64,000 nucleotides of DNA from assembly GCA_018818425.1 (NCBI GenBank), contig JAHISB010000018.1, forward strand, positions 16,390-80,389, given 5' to 3'. Of the stretch, positions 55,917 through 64,000 are shown in pieces; within the stretch, counting starts at the first letter, position 1; the number at the start of each line of letters is the position of its first letter. The notes under the pieces were generated by a model. That model made no database searches, had not been told where the DNA came from, and worked only from the letters and a program-made list of their open reading frames with translations. The stretch is from Patescibacteria group bacterium (GTDB lineage: Bacteria; Patescibacteriota; Patescibacteriia; UBA1558; UBA10009). Made by a program: the position numbers and the translations under genes.

Positions 55917-56021
55917 TTCTATCTCCATTGATTTTTTGAGAGAACAAATTATTATATTATGCACTATTAAATAAATTTTGTCAAGATATTTATTTAATCC
56001 AATCTCTGATAAAATTGAAGG

Positions 56022-58010
56022 ATGAAAATAAGTAAATTAATAAATTTTTTCAAGAAAAAAAGCTGGTTGATTCTTTGGCTGGCTATTGGCTTATATTTTT
56101 TGATTTTTTCCTTAATCTGCATCTGGAAATATTTTAATTTTGGCTACAACGGCCTGGATTTAGCCATTATTAACCAGGTTTTTTATAATTCGGCCCAGGG
56201 CAATCTTTTTGGCCTGACTATTCACCCCCATTCTTATTTAGGCGACCACTTTGCTTTGATTCTTATTCTGCTTTTGCCTTTTTATTACTTGTGGCAGCAT
56301 CCCATCAATCTTTTAATCTTACAATCTTTAATTTTAGCTCTGTGCGCCTGGCCCCTGTATTTAATTGCCAAACATAAATTATCTAATGCCTGGCCTTTAT
56401 TTATTGCCCTGGCCTGGCTGACAAATCCTTTTGTCCAGAATATTAATATCTTTGAGTTTCATTTTCTGCCCTGGGCAATTTTCTTTTTGTTCTGGACTTT
56501 TTATTTTTACCAGCAAAAAAACTTGGCGGCTTTTTTAGTCTTTGCTGTTTTGAGTTTGGCAGTCAGAGAGGATGTGGCTTTAGTTGTTTTGATGTTTTCG
56601 GCATTGGCTCTGATTAACAGACGTTCTAAAGTTTGGATTTTTACGCCCGGTTTAATGGCCCTAAGCTGGTTTGCCGCGGCCACAACATTTATTGCTTCTA
56701 TTACGCCTACCGGCAGTTACAAATTTTTTTATTACTACTCCTGGCTGGGCGGAAATTTAAACGAAATTTTGACCAATGCTTTAGTTGAACCCCAGCTAAT
56801 TTTATACCGCTTCTTGGCTTTAAATAATCTGCTTTTTATTTTAGCTCTGCTGCTGCCCTTTGCTTTTATCTTTTTTGACCTTGCGCTGCTCCTTTTAGGC
56901 CTGCTCGTTTTTCTGCAGCTTTCGCTGGGCGGCTCTAATAATTCATTGATTGTTCTTAAAACCCATTACTCCAGCTTGCTCTTGCCAGCCCTGTTTATTG
57001 GCTATGCGTATGGTTTGGCCAAGTTGGGTCAGACAAAATTCAAGTTTTTTAAATTTAAAAAATATCTCTTTAAAGAAAGAGGATTATTGGTAATGATTAT
57101 CGGCGCGGCCGCAATCTATAGCTGTCTAGCTTTGGGGCCGCTGCCCGCAGTTGTTAAACAGCTGTTTAAGCCGGGCTCCTTTTCAGAGACCAGGGAATTA
57201 AAAACTGAATTTTACCAAAGCCTGCCCCAAACACAAAGCATAGCCGCCTCTTACGAATTTTTAACTAATCTTTCCTCGCGGCCCAGCATTTATTCTTTGC
57301 ACTATGCCTATATCGGCAAAAAGCAGTTTAGCGATATTGATTATAAACTGCCGGCAGACACCCGGACTTTGCTTTTTGATTTTGACGATCTGGTGACCTA
57401 CTCGGTTCAATTCCCTAACAGCAGCCAGTGGCAGAAGTATTATTTAACTGGTGATGATAATTTTAGAAAAATTATTCAGGCGGGAAATTACGGCGTGGTT
57501 AAAATAGCCGACACCTTGGTCAGAATGGATAAAAATGCTGAAACTGATATTCATCTATATCAAACCGCTCAAAAATTTACTGATATTCAACATCCTCAAA
57601 ATATTGACTTTGGCAACGGTTTAAAATTTCTGGGCTGGTCTGATAATCCGCCTCTTTTGGATTCTGATAAAAATTTCTTGCCCGCGGCTCTTTATTTTCA
57701 AACTAAGCAAAGAATAGAAAAAGACTATCAGTTAAAGCTGACGCTTAACAACGAGGAAGGGCAGATTGTTAAGCAAAAATATTATCCTCTGGCCTATGGG
57801 CTATACCCAACCAGCGAATGGCAAGCCAACGAAATAGTCAAAATCAACTATTGGTTTTTACTGCCTCAAAAAATAGCTGACAGTAATTATCAGCTAGAGT
57901 TGCAGTTGGTCTACTTAGAGGGCTTTTTAAAACTAAACGGCCTCCGCTCGGCCGTGCCTCAAATCACTCAAGAAACTATTTTAGAACCAAAAATTACATT
58001 GATTCCCTAA
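56022..58010 (+). CDS. DUF2079-type GT-C membrane protein
   Basis: DLAI.NQ..YN, LGDHF, L..LQ, FEFH, VRED; C-terminal YPTSEW...E module. Confidence 0.85.
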   Translation: MKISKLINFFKKKSWLILWLAIGLYFLIFSLICIWKYFNFGYNGLDLAIINQVFYNSAQGNLFGLTIHPHSYLGDHFALILILLLPFYYLWQHPINLLILQSLILALCAWPLYLIAKHKLSNAWPLFIALAWLTNPFVQNINIFEFHFLPWAIFFLFWTFYFYQQKNLAAFLVFAVLSLAVREDVALVVLMFSALALINRRSKVWIFTPGLMALSWFAAATTFIASITPTGSYKFFYYYSWLGGNLNEILTNALVEPQLILYRFLALNNLLFILALLLPFAFIFFDLALLLLGLLVFLQLSLGGSNNSLIVLKTHYSSLLLPALFIGYAYGLAKLGQTKFKFFKFKKYLFKERGLLVMIIGAAAIYSCLALGPLPAVVKQLFKPGSFSETRELKTEFYQSLPQTQSIAASYEFLTNLSSRPSIYSLHYAYIGKKQFSDIDYKLPADTRTLLFDFDDLVTYSVQFPNSSQWQKYYLTGDDNFRKIIQAGNYGVVKIADTLVRMDKNAETDIHLYQTAQKFTDIQHPQNIDFGNGLKFLGWSDNPPLLDSDKNFLPAALYFQTKQRIEKDYQLKLTLNNEEGQIVKQKYYPLAYGLYPTSEWQANEIVKINYWFLLPQKIADSNYQLELQLVYLEGFLKLNGLRSAVPQITQETILEPKITLIP

Positions 58011-58022
58011 AACACCCTAGTT

Positions 58023-59537
58023 TCATTTAAGGACTTGATAAATTTCCGCGTCCTTATTTTGATATATTAATTTTAAATAATCTTGAAGGCCAGGATTGTA
58101 ATCGCCTAATCTTTTTTCAATATCGCTGTAAAATAAATAATCTATGTTATTCTGCTGTAAAAAAATTTTCTTTTCCTGATCAAACTGATTATCTTTAAAA
58201 AACCACTCAATTTTATCAAAATTTTCCTTAAAGCTGGTAAAATAGCCGCCGGCTAAATAAGAAATGTGTCCGGTATAACCAGAGATAACTGTATTCCAAG
58301 TGCCAAAATCAGCAAAAATTCTGCTTTCTGTCGGCAAATTATCTTTCATCCAGTAAAATATTTCTATATATTTTCTTGCTATATAATGCGGGGGTCCGTG
58401 GAATTTAATAATTAATAGCTCATAACTAAAAATGGAGAAATAGCTTTGAGTTAAAAATAAAATAATTATTATAGCTGTAATTATCCTGCTGAATTGCCTT
58501 TTTAATTTTATTAAAATAAATTTAAATCCATGATAGGCTAAAATGGTCAAAGGGATCGATAAGCCTAAAACGAAGCGACGATTAAATTGAATTTGAGAAA
58601 AAATTATAAACAAAGAAGATAAACACCATAATATTAAATACCAGTATATCTCTTCCTTTCTCTTCTTTATCGCTCCAATAATAGCTAAAGGAGAAAGCAA
58701 GCCATAACCATAAATTAAAAACTGCCAACTAGGCAAGGGAGTAAAATTTTGCATAGCCCAACGGCTTAAAGCTTCTTCAGCCGAAAAGATATAATAATAG
58801 TATACAGCTCCAAGAGTTACTGATAATATAGTAATTAAAGCCGGTAAAAAATTTTTAAATTTTTTGGTGGATAAATATCTATAAATAGACCAACTTAAAA
58901 TAACTACCAATAAAGAGACGGCATCATAAAAATGAACTAAAAATAATAATAACGCCCCTAAAAAAATAGTAAAAAGATGAATATTTTTGTGAGTTTTAAA
59001 ATATTTTAAAACTGCGTGATAAATTAAGATAAATAAAACTAAAACTAAAGCAAATAAGGGGCTAAAGTATAAATTATAAAAGGTATCTTTTTCAATCAGC
59101 CAAGTAAAAATACCAGCGGCAAATATACAAAAAGGAAATAACCAAATATTTTGTTCTAAATTAAAAAACTCCTTTAAAAATTTTCTTAAAAGAATACAGA
59201 AAATAATTGCAAAGATTACTTTAAAAAGTTGATAAACTAAAAAAATGTTTAAGCTGAATATTTTAACTAGCCAGCCCATTATTAGCCATAAAGGATGAAA
59301 AAATAAGTCTCGTTGCTCTATGGGATTATATAAATTTTTAAAAAGAACTTTTCCTTGAGCCGCTTGAGTGATAAAAGAAAAGTGGCCTGTCATATCCCCC
59401 ACTCTAGTGGGTTGATTGCCAATATAATAGAATTCTTCATTAGAATAAAAATAACCCGCCAGATGAATAAAGGTAATTAAAAAAACCAAAACAATAACGG
59501 TTAAAATAAAAACTTTTCTTTCTTTATTGACAGCCAT
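58023..59537 (-). CDS. Polytopic membrane protein (GT-C-like), paralog family A
   Basis: D.....S.I.QA..G..L..NLY, H.YD, IDY..Y...E tail; low GC. Confidence 0.7.
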   Translation of the reverse strand: MAVNKERKVFILTVIVLVFLITFIHLAGYFYSNEEFYYIGNQPTRVGDMTGHFSFITQAAQGKVLFKNLYNPIEQRDLFFHPLWLIMGWLVKIFSLNIFLVYQLFKVIFAIIFCILLRKFLKEFFNLEQNIWLFPFCIFAAGIFTWLIEKDTFYNLYFSPLFALVLVLFILIYHAVLKYFKTHKNIHLFTIFLGALLLFLVHFYDAVSLLVVILSWSIYRYLSTKKFKNFLPALITILSVTLGAVYYYYIFSAEEALSRWAMQNFTPLPSWQFLIYGYGLLSPLAIIGAIKKRKEEIYWYLILWCLSSLFIIFSQIQFNRRFVLGLSIPLTILAYHGFKFILIKLKRQFSRIITAIIIILFLTQSYFSIFSYELLIIKFHGPPHYIARKYIEIFYWMKDNLPTESRIFADFGTWNTVISGYTGHISYLAGGYFTSFKENFDKIEWFFKDNQFDQEKKIFLQQNNIDYLFYSDIEKRLGDYNPGLQDYLKLIYQNKDAEIYQVLK

Positions 59538-59573
59538 AAAAAATTTAATCTTTGCGCTTAAAAAGCTCTATGA

Positions 59574-61193
59574 TTAAGGTACTGGTTTCACTTGATAAAT
59601 CGCTACCTCGCTATTTTGAAAAACTTGTTTCAAATACTCTTTATTTTGAGGATTAAATTCGCCCAAAGCCATCTCCCTTGAACCGTAATAAAGATAATCA
59701 ATGCCTTCCCTCGATAACCAACGGGCTTTTAGCTTGTCCCCCCGATTATCTTTAAAAAACCATTCCTCAACATCATATTTTTTTATCAGCCAGTTATTGG
59801 TCTGAATTTTATAGCCTAAATATACAAACCTGCCCGCAATCGAAGGAATTATGCTGCCCATTTGACTTTGAGATAATATAATATCTGATTTATCTGAATT
59901 TTCCTTCAGCCACCATATAGCTTCTTTTTCTCCCTTAGTTAAGTGGAATTCTCCAATTGAAAAAAAATGATAATTTAATCCTAAAAAAAACAGGTTTGTG
60001 CTTGTCATTAAAAATATAAAAATAATTAATATAACTATTTTAATCGTAAATTTATTATTTATTTTATAGTATAGTTTTGTTTTTTTAATTTTATCCAGCA
60101 AAACAGCCGCCCCCAAAACCGCTAATAGTGCCATAGGGATATGCATGCCGTTGCCTAATCTGCGCTGAAAAGACAATGGCATATATAAAAGCAGCCAGGA
60201 AGTTAAAGACCAAACCGCTAAAAAATTTAAATATTTATTTTTGCTTTTCCATGCAGGTGAAATACCAAAAAGAAAAAAAATAAAGATTAAACCAAAACCA
60301 GCCATATAATTATGCGGCGGGGGCGACAACTGAACTAATTGTTCAGCCCAGCCTGCGAACCCGGGTGAAAAAATTCTAAAAATAAAAAAATAAAAAATCG
60401 AGGCGAAGGAAATTAAAAAGAAAATTACTAATTTAAAAAAATCCGGCCAGGGCCATAATTTATTTTTTATAATATTAACTATAAACCAAACTGATAGAAT
60501 AAAAAATGCGATAAAAACATCATATGGATGAAAAAATCCTAATAAACAGCCGATGATGCCCATGCCTATTACTTCTGGATATTTGGCGATTTTAAATCGG
60601 GCGATTGTCCACCAAAATATTAGTAAAAGACAAATTTGGGAAAGAATGAATAAAGGGGAATGAAAAAGGGTCAAAAAAGTATTGCCTTCGCTATACCAAA
60701 TATCGGCGCCAAAATAACCATTGGGATTCTTTAATATATAATTAATAAAAAAGGTGAAAAAACCAAAGCCAGAACTAATGGCTAAAGTAACAAAGGCAAT
60801 TTTTCTCCACGTCTCTTTTAAAAAAATCTTGGAAACAAACAAATACAATAAATATAAGAATATAAAACCAAAAATAACTCTAAATAAATGGTAAGTAAAT
60901 AACGGCGGCAGTTTAGTAATTCCCGAAAACCAGCCTAAGCTTGCCCACAAGGGCGAAAAATAACCGGCTTGTGGTTCGGAGGTATATAAATTATGGATAA
61001 AAAAATAACCCTGTCTAGCTTCTTCGATCTGGGAGAGGTAAACCATTTTATCAGCTGCTCCAACCAAAGTTCCGCCGGTATAATAATCTTTATTTGAATT
61101 ATATACTCCAATATAGGGCAATAAGGTAATAATTAACACAAGTACTATTATACTTATTATAAACTTTCTTTTTTTAATATTGATTATTTTCAT
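59574..61193 (-). CDS. Polytopic membrane protein (GT-C-like), paralog family A
   Basis: ADKMVYLSQIEEARQG, HPYD, QRR, GIDYLYYG. Confidence 0.75.
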   Translation of the reverse strand: MKIINIKKRKFIISIIVLVLIITLLPYIGVYNSNKDYYTGGTLVGAADKMVYLSQIEEARQGYFFIHNLYTSEPQAGYFSPLWASLGWFSGITKLPPLFTYHLFRVIFGFIFLYLLYLFVSKIFLKETWRKIAFVTLAISSGFGFFTFFINYILKNPNGYFGADIWYSEGNTFLTLFHSPLFILSQICLLLIFWWTIARFKIAKYPEVIGMGIIGCLLGFFHPYDVFIAFFILSVWFIVNIIKNKLWPWPDFFKLVIFFLISFASIFYFFIFRIFSPGFAGWAEQLVQLSPPPHNYMAGFGLIFIFFLFGISPAWKSKNKYLNFLAVWSLTSWLLLYMPLSFQRRLGNGMHIPMALLAVLGAAVLLDKIKKTKLYYKINNKFTIKIVILIIFIFLMTSTNLFFLGLNYHFFSIGEFHLTKGEKEAIWWLKENSDKSDIILSQSQMGSIIPSIAGRFVYLGYKIQTNNWLIKKYDVEEWFFKDNRGDKLKARWLSREGIDYLYYGSREMALGEFNPQNKEYLKQVFQNSEVAIYQVKPVP

Positions 61194-62839
61194 TATTTAA
61201 CTTTAATCCTATAAATTGTCACCTCTTGATTTTTATATACTTCCTCTAAATAACTTTTTTCGTCAGGGTTAAAATTTCCCAAAGCCATCTCCCTTGAACC
61301 ATGATAAAGATAATCAATGCCTTCCCTTAATAACCAGCGGTATTTTAAAGCGTCCCCCTGATTATCTTTAAAAAACCATTCCTCAACATCATATTTTTTT
61401 ATCAGCCAGTTATTGGTCTGGTGGCCATGGCCTAAATAGACATAACGGCCCGATATAGCCGGGATTATGCTGCCGATGGTATTCTTTGATAAAATTACTT
61501 CTGTTGTTTTTAGGTTATCCTTAAACCAAATTATTGCCTCTTTTTCGTTTTGGGTTATATAAAAGCCTTTAAGGGCATGATAAAAAAATTCAGCGCCAAT
61601 TAAAAATAAATTCGAACTTATAGCCAAAAAAACCAAAATTAAAATCGCTGTTGTTTTAATAATGTATTGTTTATTTACAATTTTAAAAAGCCATAACTGC
61701 TTTAATTTATTTAAAATTACCACTAAGCCAAAAATGGCTAATATCACCATAGGCATATGCAGCCCGTTGCCCAGTCTTCTTTGAGATTGCAAAGGGGCAT
61801 ATAGTAAAAGCCATGAAACAATAGCCCAGATAGCTAAAAAGTTGAAATATCTATTTCTGCTTTTCCAGGCCGGATAAACGCCGAAAAGAAAAAGAATAAA
61901 AATTAAACCATAACCAATCATATAATTATATATTCTTGGTGAAAGGGTAATATTTTGTATGGCCCAGCCAGCAAAGCCCGGAGAAAAATATTTTAAAAGG
62001 AAAAAATAACCTATAGGCAGAAAAGAAATAAATAAGACTATAATAAGCTTTAAAAAGACCGGCCAGAACCATTCTTTCTTTTGGACTGTTTTTACTGCAA
62101 ACCAAACTAAGAGAACAGAAAAAATAATAACTATATCATAGGGATGAATAAAGCCTAAAAAACCGCCTATTAAACCAATGGCTGCTGCTTCGGTATATTT
62201 AGCCGAAGTTAATCTGGCAATCGTCCACCAAAATATTAATAAAAGACAAATTTGGGAAAGAATGAATAAAGGGGAATGAAAAAGGGTCAAAAAAGTATTG
62301 CCTTCGCTAAACCAAATATCGGTGCCAAAATAATTATACATATTCTCCGCTGTCCAGGGCCTAATTACGGTAAATATTCCCAGCCCTGAACTAAAAGATA
62401 GCGCCAAAAAGGTAATTTTTCTCCATTTAACGCTAGAGAAGATTTGAGAAATAAAAAGATAAAGTAGATATAAAAAGATAAAACCGAAAATGATTCTAAA
62501 AAAATGTAAAGTAAATAGCGGTGATAGTTTAGTAGCTCTAGAAAACCAGCCTAAACCGGTCCACAAGGGCGAGAGATAGCCTATTTGTGGTTCGGAAGTA
62601 TATAAATTATGAACCAAAGCATTGCCTTGCCGGGCTTCTTCAATTTGGGAAAGGTAAACCATTTTATCGGCGGCAGCAATAAAAGTTCCGCCAGTAAAAT
62701 AATCATCACTAGATCTAACCCAGGAAAAAGCTAAAGGAATTAAAGTAATTAATAATACCGTAAAAGAAACTATAAATACGAATTCTTTCTCTTTTCTACT
62801 GAGTGATTTTAAAACTTGTTTTAGATAAGTCAACATCAA
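61193..62839 (-). CDS. Polytopic membrane protein (GT-C-like), paralog family A
   Basis: Close paralog of 59574-61193 (same motifs). Confidence 0.75.
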   Translation of the reverse strand: MMLTYLKQVLKSLSRKEKEFVFIVSFTVLLITLIPLAFSWVRSSDDYFTGGTFIAAADKMVYLSQIEEARQGNALVHNLYTSEPQIGYLSPLWTGLGWFSRATKLSPLFTLHFFRIIFGFIFLYLLYLFISQIFSSVKWRKITFLALSFSSGLGIFTVIRPWTAENMYNYFGTDIWFSEGNTFLTLFHSPLFILSQICLLLIFWWTIARLTSAKYTEAAAIGLIGGFLGFIHPYDIVIIFSVLLVWFAVKTVQKKEWFWPVFLKLIIVLFISFLPIGYFFLLKYFSPGFAGWAIQNITLSPRIYNYMIGYGLIFILFLFGVYPAWKSRNRYFNFLAIWAIVSWLLLYAPLQSQRRLGNGLHMPMVILAIFGLVVILNKLKQLWLFKIVNKQYIIKTTAILILVFLAISSNLFLIGAEFFYHALKGFYITQNEKEAIIWFKDNLKTTEVILSKNTIGSIIPAISGRYVYLGHGHQTNNWLIKKYDVEEWFFKDNQGDALKYRWLLREGIDYLYHGSREMALGNFNPDEKSYLEEVYKNQEVTIYRIKVK

Positions 62840-62840
62840 T

Positions 62841-64000
62841 TTATAAATTATGTTGATTACAATGAAAAACTCTTAGATCATCGTTAATCTGCTCGGTGGG
62901 ACATCTTTCTATAATATTTTTATAAGAGGCATTTTCAATAATGCATAATCTCTCATTATTTAAAAAGGGGCAAAAATCTTTAATATATGTAAAAAAATAA
63001 AATTCTTCTTTGGTGTTATCTAAATATTCCCGTTTCATCGCATCAATCAGCAAAACCTTATTAGGAATAATAACATTTAATGACTGATGGCAATTTCTTA
63101 AATAAATTGGTATATTTGCAGGAACATTATTATCTTGCAAATAATCTCTGGCCTGCCAAATCCAATACGGACGATACACAACTTTATAATCTATTTTAAT
63201 CGACCAAAATAAATAACCATTAATAATAATTATAAGAAAAATAAATAAATACCTAAGATTTTTTTCAAGAAATATCTTTCTAAAATAAATTACTAATAAT
63301 ATATTAAATAAAACAAAAATTGGTAAAAATATTCTATGGTGGGCAGATTCAGAAGGAACTAATAATACACTAATAAAAATATATATTATTATAAAAATTT
63401 CTAAGAATGAAAGTTTGGATAAATCAATTCTCTTTTTATTTTTTCTAAAAAAATTGAAAATAGTATTTAAAAAATAAATTGTAAAGATATAAACAAAAAC
63501 ACTAACTAACCATTGTAATTTCCAGTCTAGGGAACCTTGGGTGGAAAAGTTGACCCAAAATCTAACCAAAAAAATCCACGGAATAGTAAATAATAATAGT
63601 AATGTAAAATTAATTATAATTTGTTTATTAATTCTTTCTTTTTTATTAAAAAACCAATAATAAATAATAAATAAAGAAGTTGCCATAAAAGAAATTATAT
63701 GGGTGTGGAATAATAAAATTAAACTTAAAGTAATTAAATAGTAATATTTATTCTTGTTAGTCTGGCATAGTTTAATAAAAAAATATAAACTCAAAAAAAC
63801 TAATAAAATCAATAAAGAAAAATAACGGCACATTCGGCCGTATTCTACTAAGGGAATGTTTACTGCATAGAAAGCGCTGGCAATTAAAGCTGTCTTAGGA
63901 CTATATAACTCTCTGGTTATTAAATATAATAAGAATATCGATAATATTGAAAAAATTATAAATAGAAACCTGGCATTAAAGGTTGTAAAACCTGCGAGCT
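62841..64000 (-). CDS. ArnT/PMT_2-type glycosyltransferase (5' end beyond window)
   Basis: Frame stays open to 64000: ...FNARFLFIIFSILSIFLLYLITRELY...EYGRMCRYFSL; HTH.I motif; very low GC. Confidence 0.7.
   Translation of the reverse strand, partial: LAGFTTFNARFLFIIFSILSIFLLYLITRELYSPKTALIASAFYAVNIPLVEYGRMCRYFSLLILLVFLSLYFFIKLCQTNKNKYYYLITLSLILLFHTHIISFMATSLFIIYYWFFNKKERINKQIIINFTLLLLFTIPWIFLVRFWVNFSTQGSLDWKLQWLVSVFVYIFTIYFLNTIFNFFRKNKKRIDLSKLSFLEIFIIIYIFISVLLVPSESAHHRIFLPIFVLFNILLVIYFRKIFLEKNLRYLFIFLIIIINGYLFWSIKIDYKVVYRPYWIWQARDYLQDNNVPANIPIYLRNCHQSLNVIIPNKVLLIDAMKREYLDNTKEEFYFFTYIKDFCPFLNNERLCIIENASYKNIIERCPTEQINDDLRVFHCNQHNL

Noticed and set aside
1-64000. Alternative genetic code (UGA=Gly, as in Gracilibacteria/Absconditabacteria)
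   Set aside because: Core genes are full length under the standard code and TGA serves as a stop in several genes

Overview
This window is a ~40% GC bacterial chromosome segment read with the standard genetic code. Gene content points to Patescibacteria/CPR, probably Parcubacteria/ABY1-like; that placement is inference from the VirB2-like pilin array, the GT-C cluster and the scarcity of Shine-Dalgarno sites. Core genes include polA, holA, rpsT, a cytidylyltransferase-TruB fusion, uvrB, ruvA, a FemAB-family gene, mgtE, murE, rpoB, rpoC, rlmN, ftsK, recA, galU and tRNA-Ser(CGA). Accessory genes include three Fic genes, a DUF262-HNH nuclease followed by attC-like sites, a RelE/HigA-type TA pair, an IS481 element, an ECF sigma locus and a GT-C glycosyltransferase cluster. 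Two things stand out. First, a dense set of tiny DNA elements (7/8-mer tandem tracts and 17-35 bp palindromes) nest inside one another and inside terminators, and they have repeatedly inserted in frame into conserved proteins (TruB x4 sites, UvrB, MurE, FemAB, O-antigen ligase), creating new peptide loops. Second, a tandem array of 11 VirB2/TrbC-like pilins shares a near-identical 32-bp DNA core and carries interchangeable-looking Cys-rich C-terminal domains. All calls were made by eye from the sequence and ORF track; no database searches were run.
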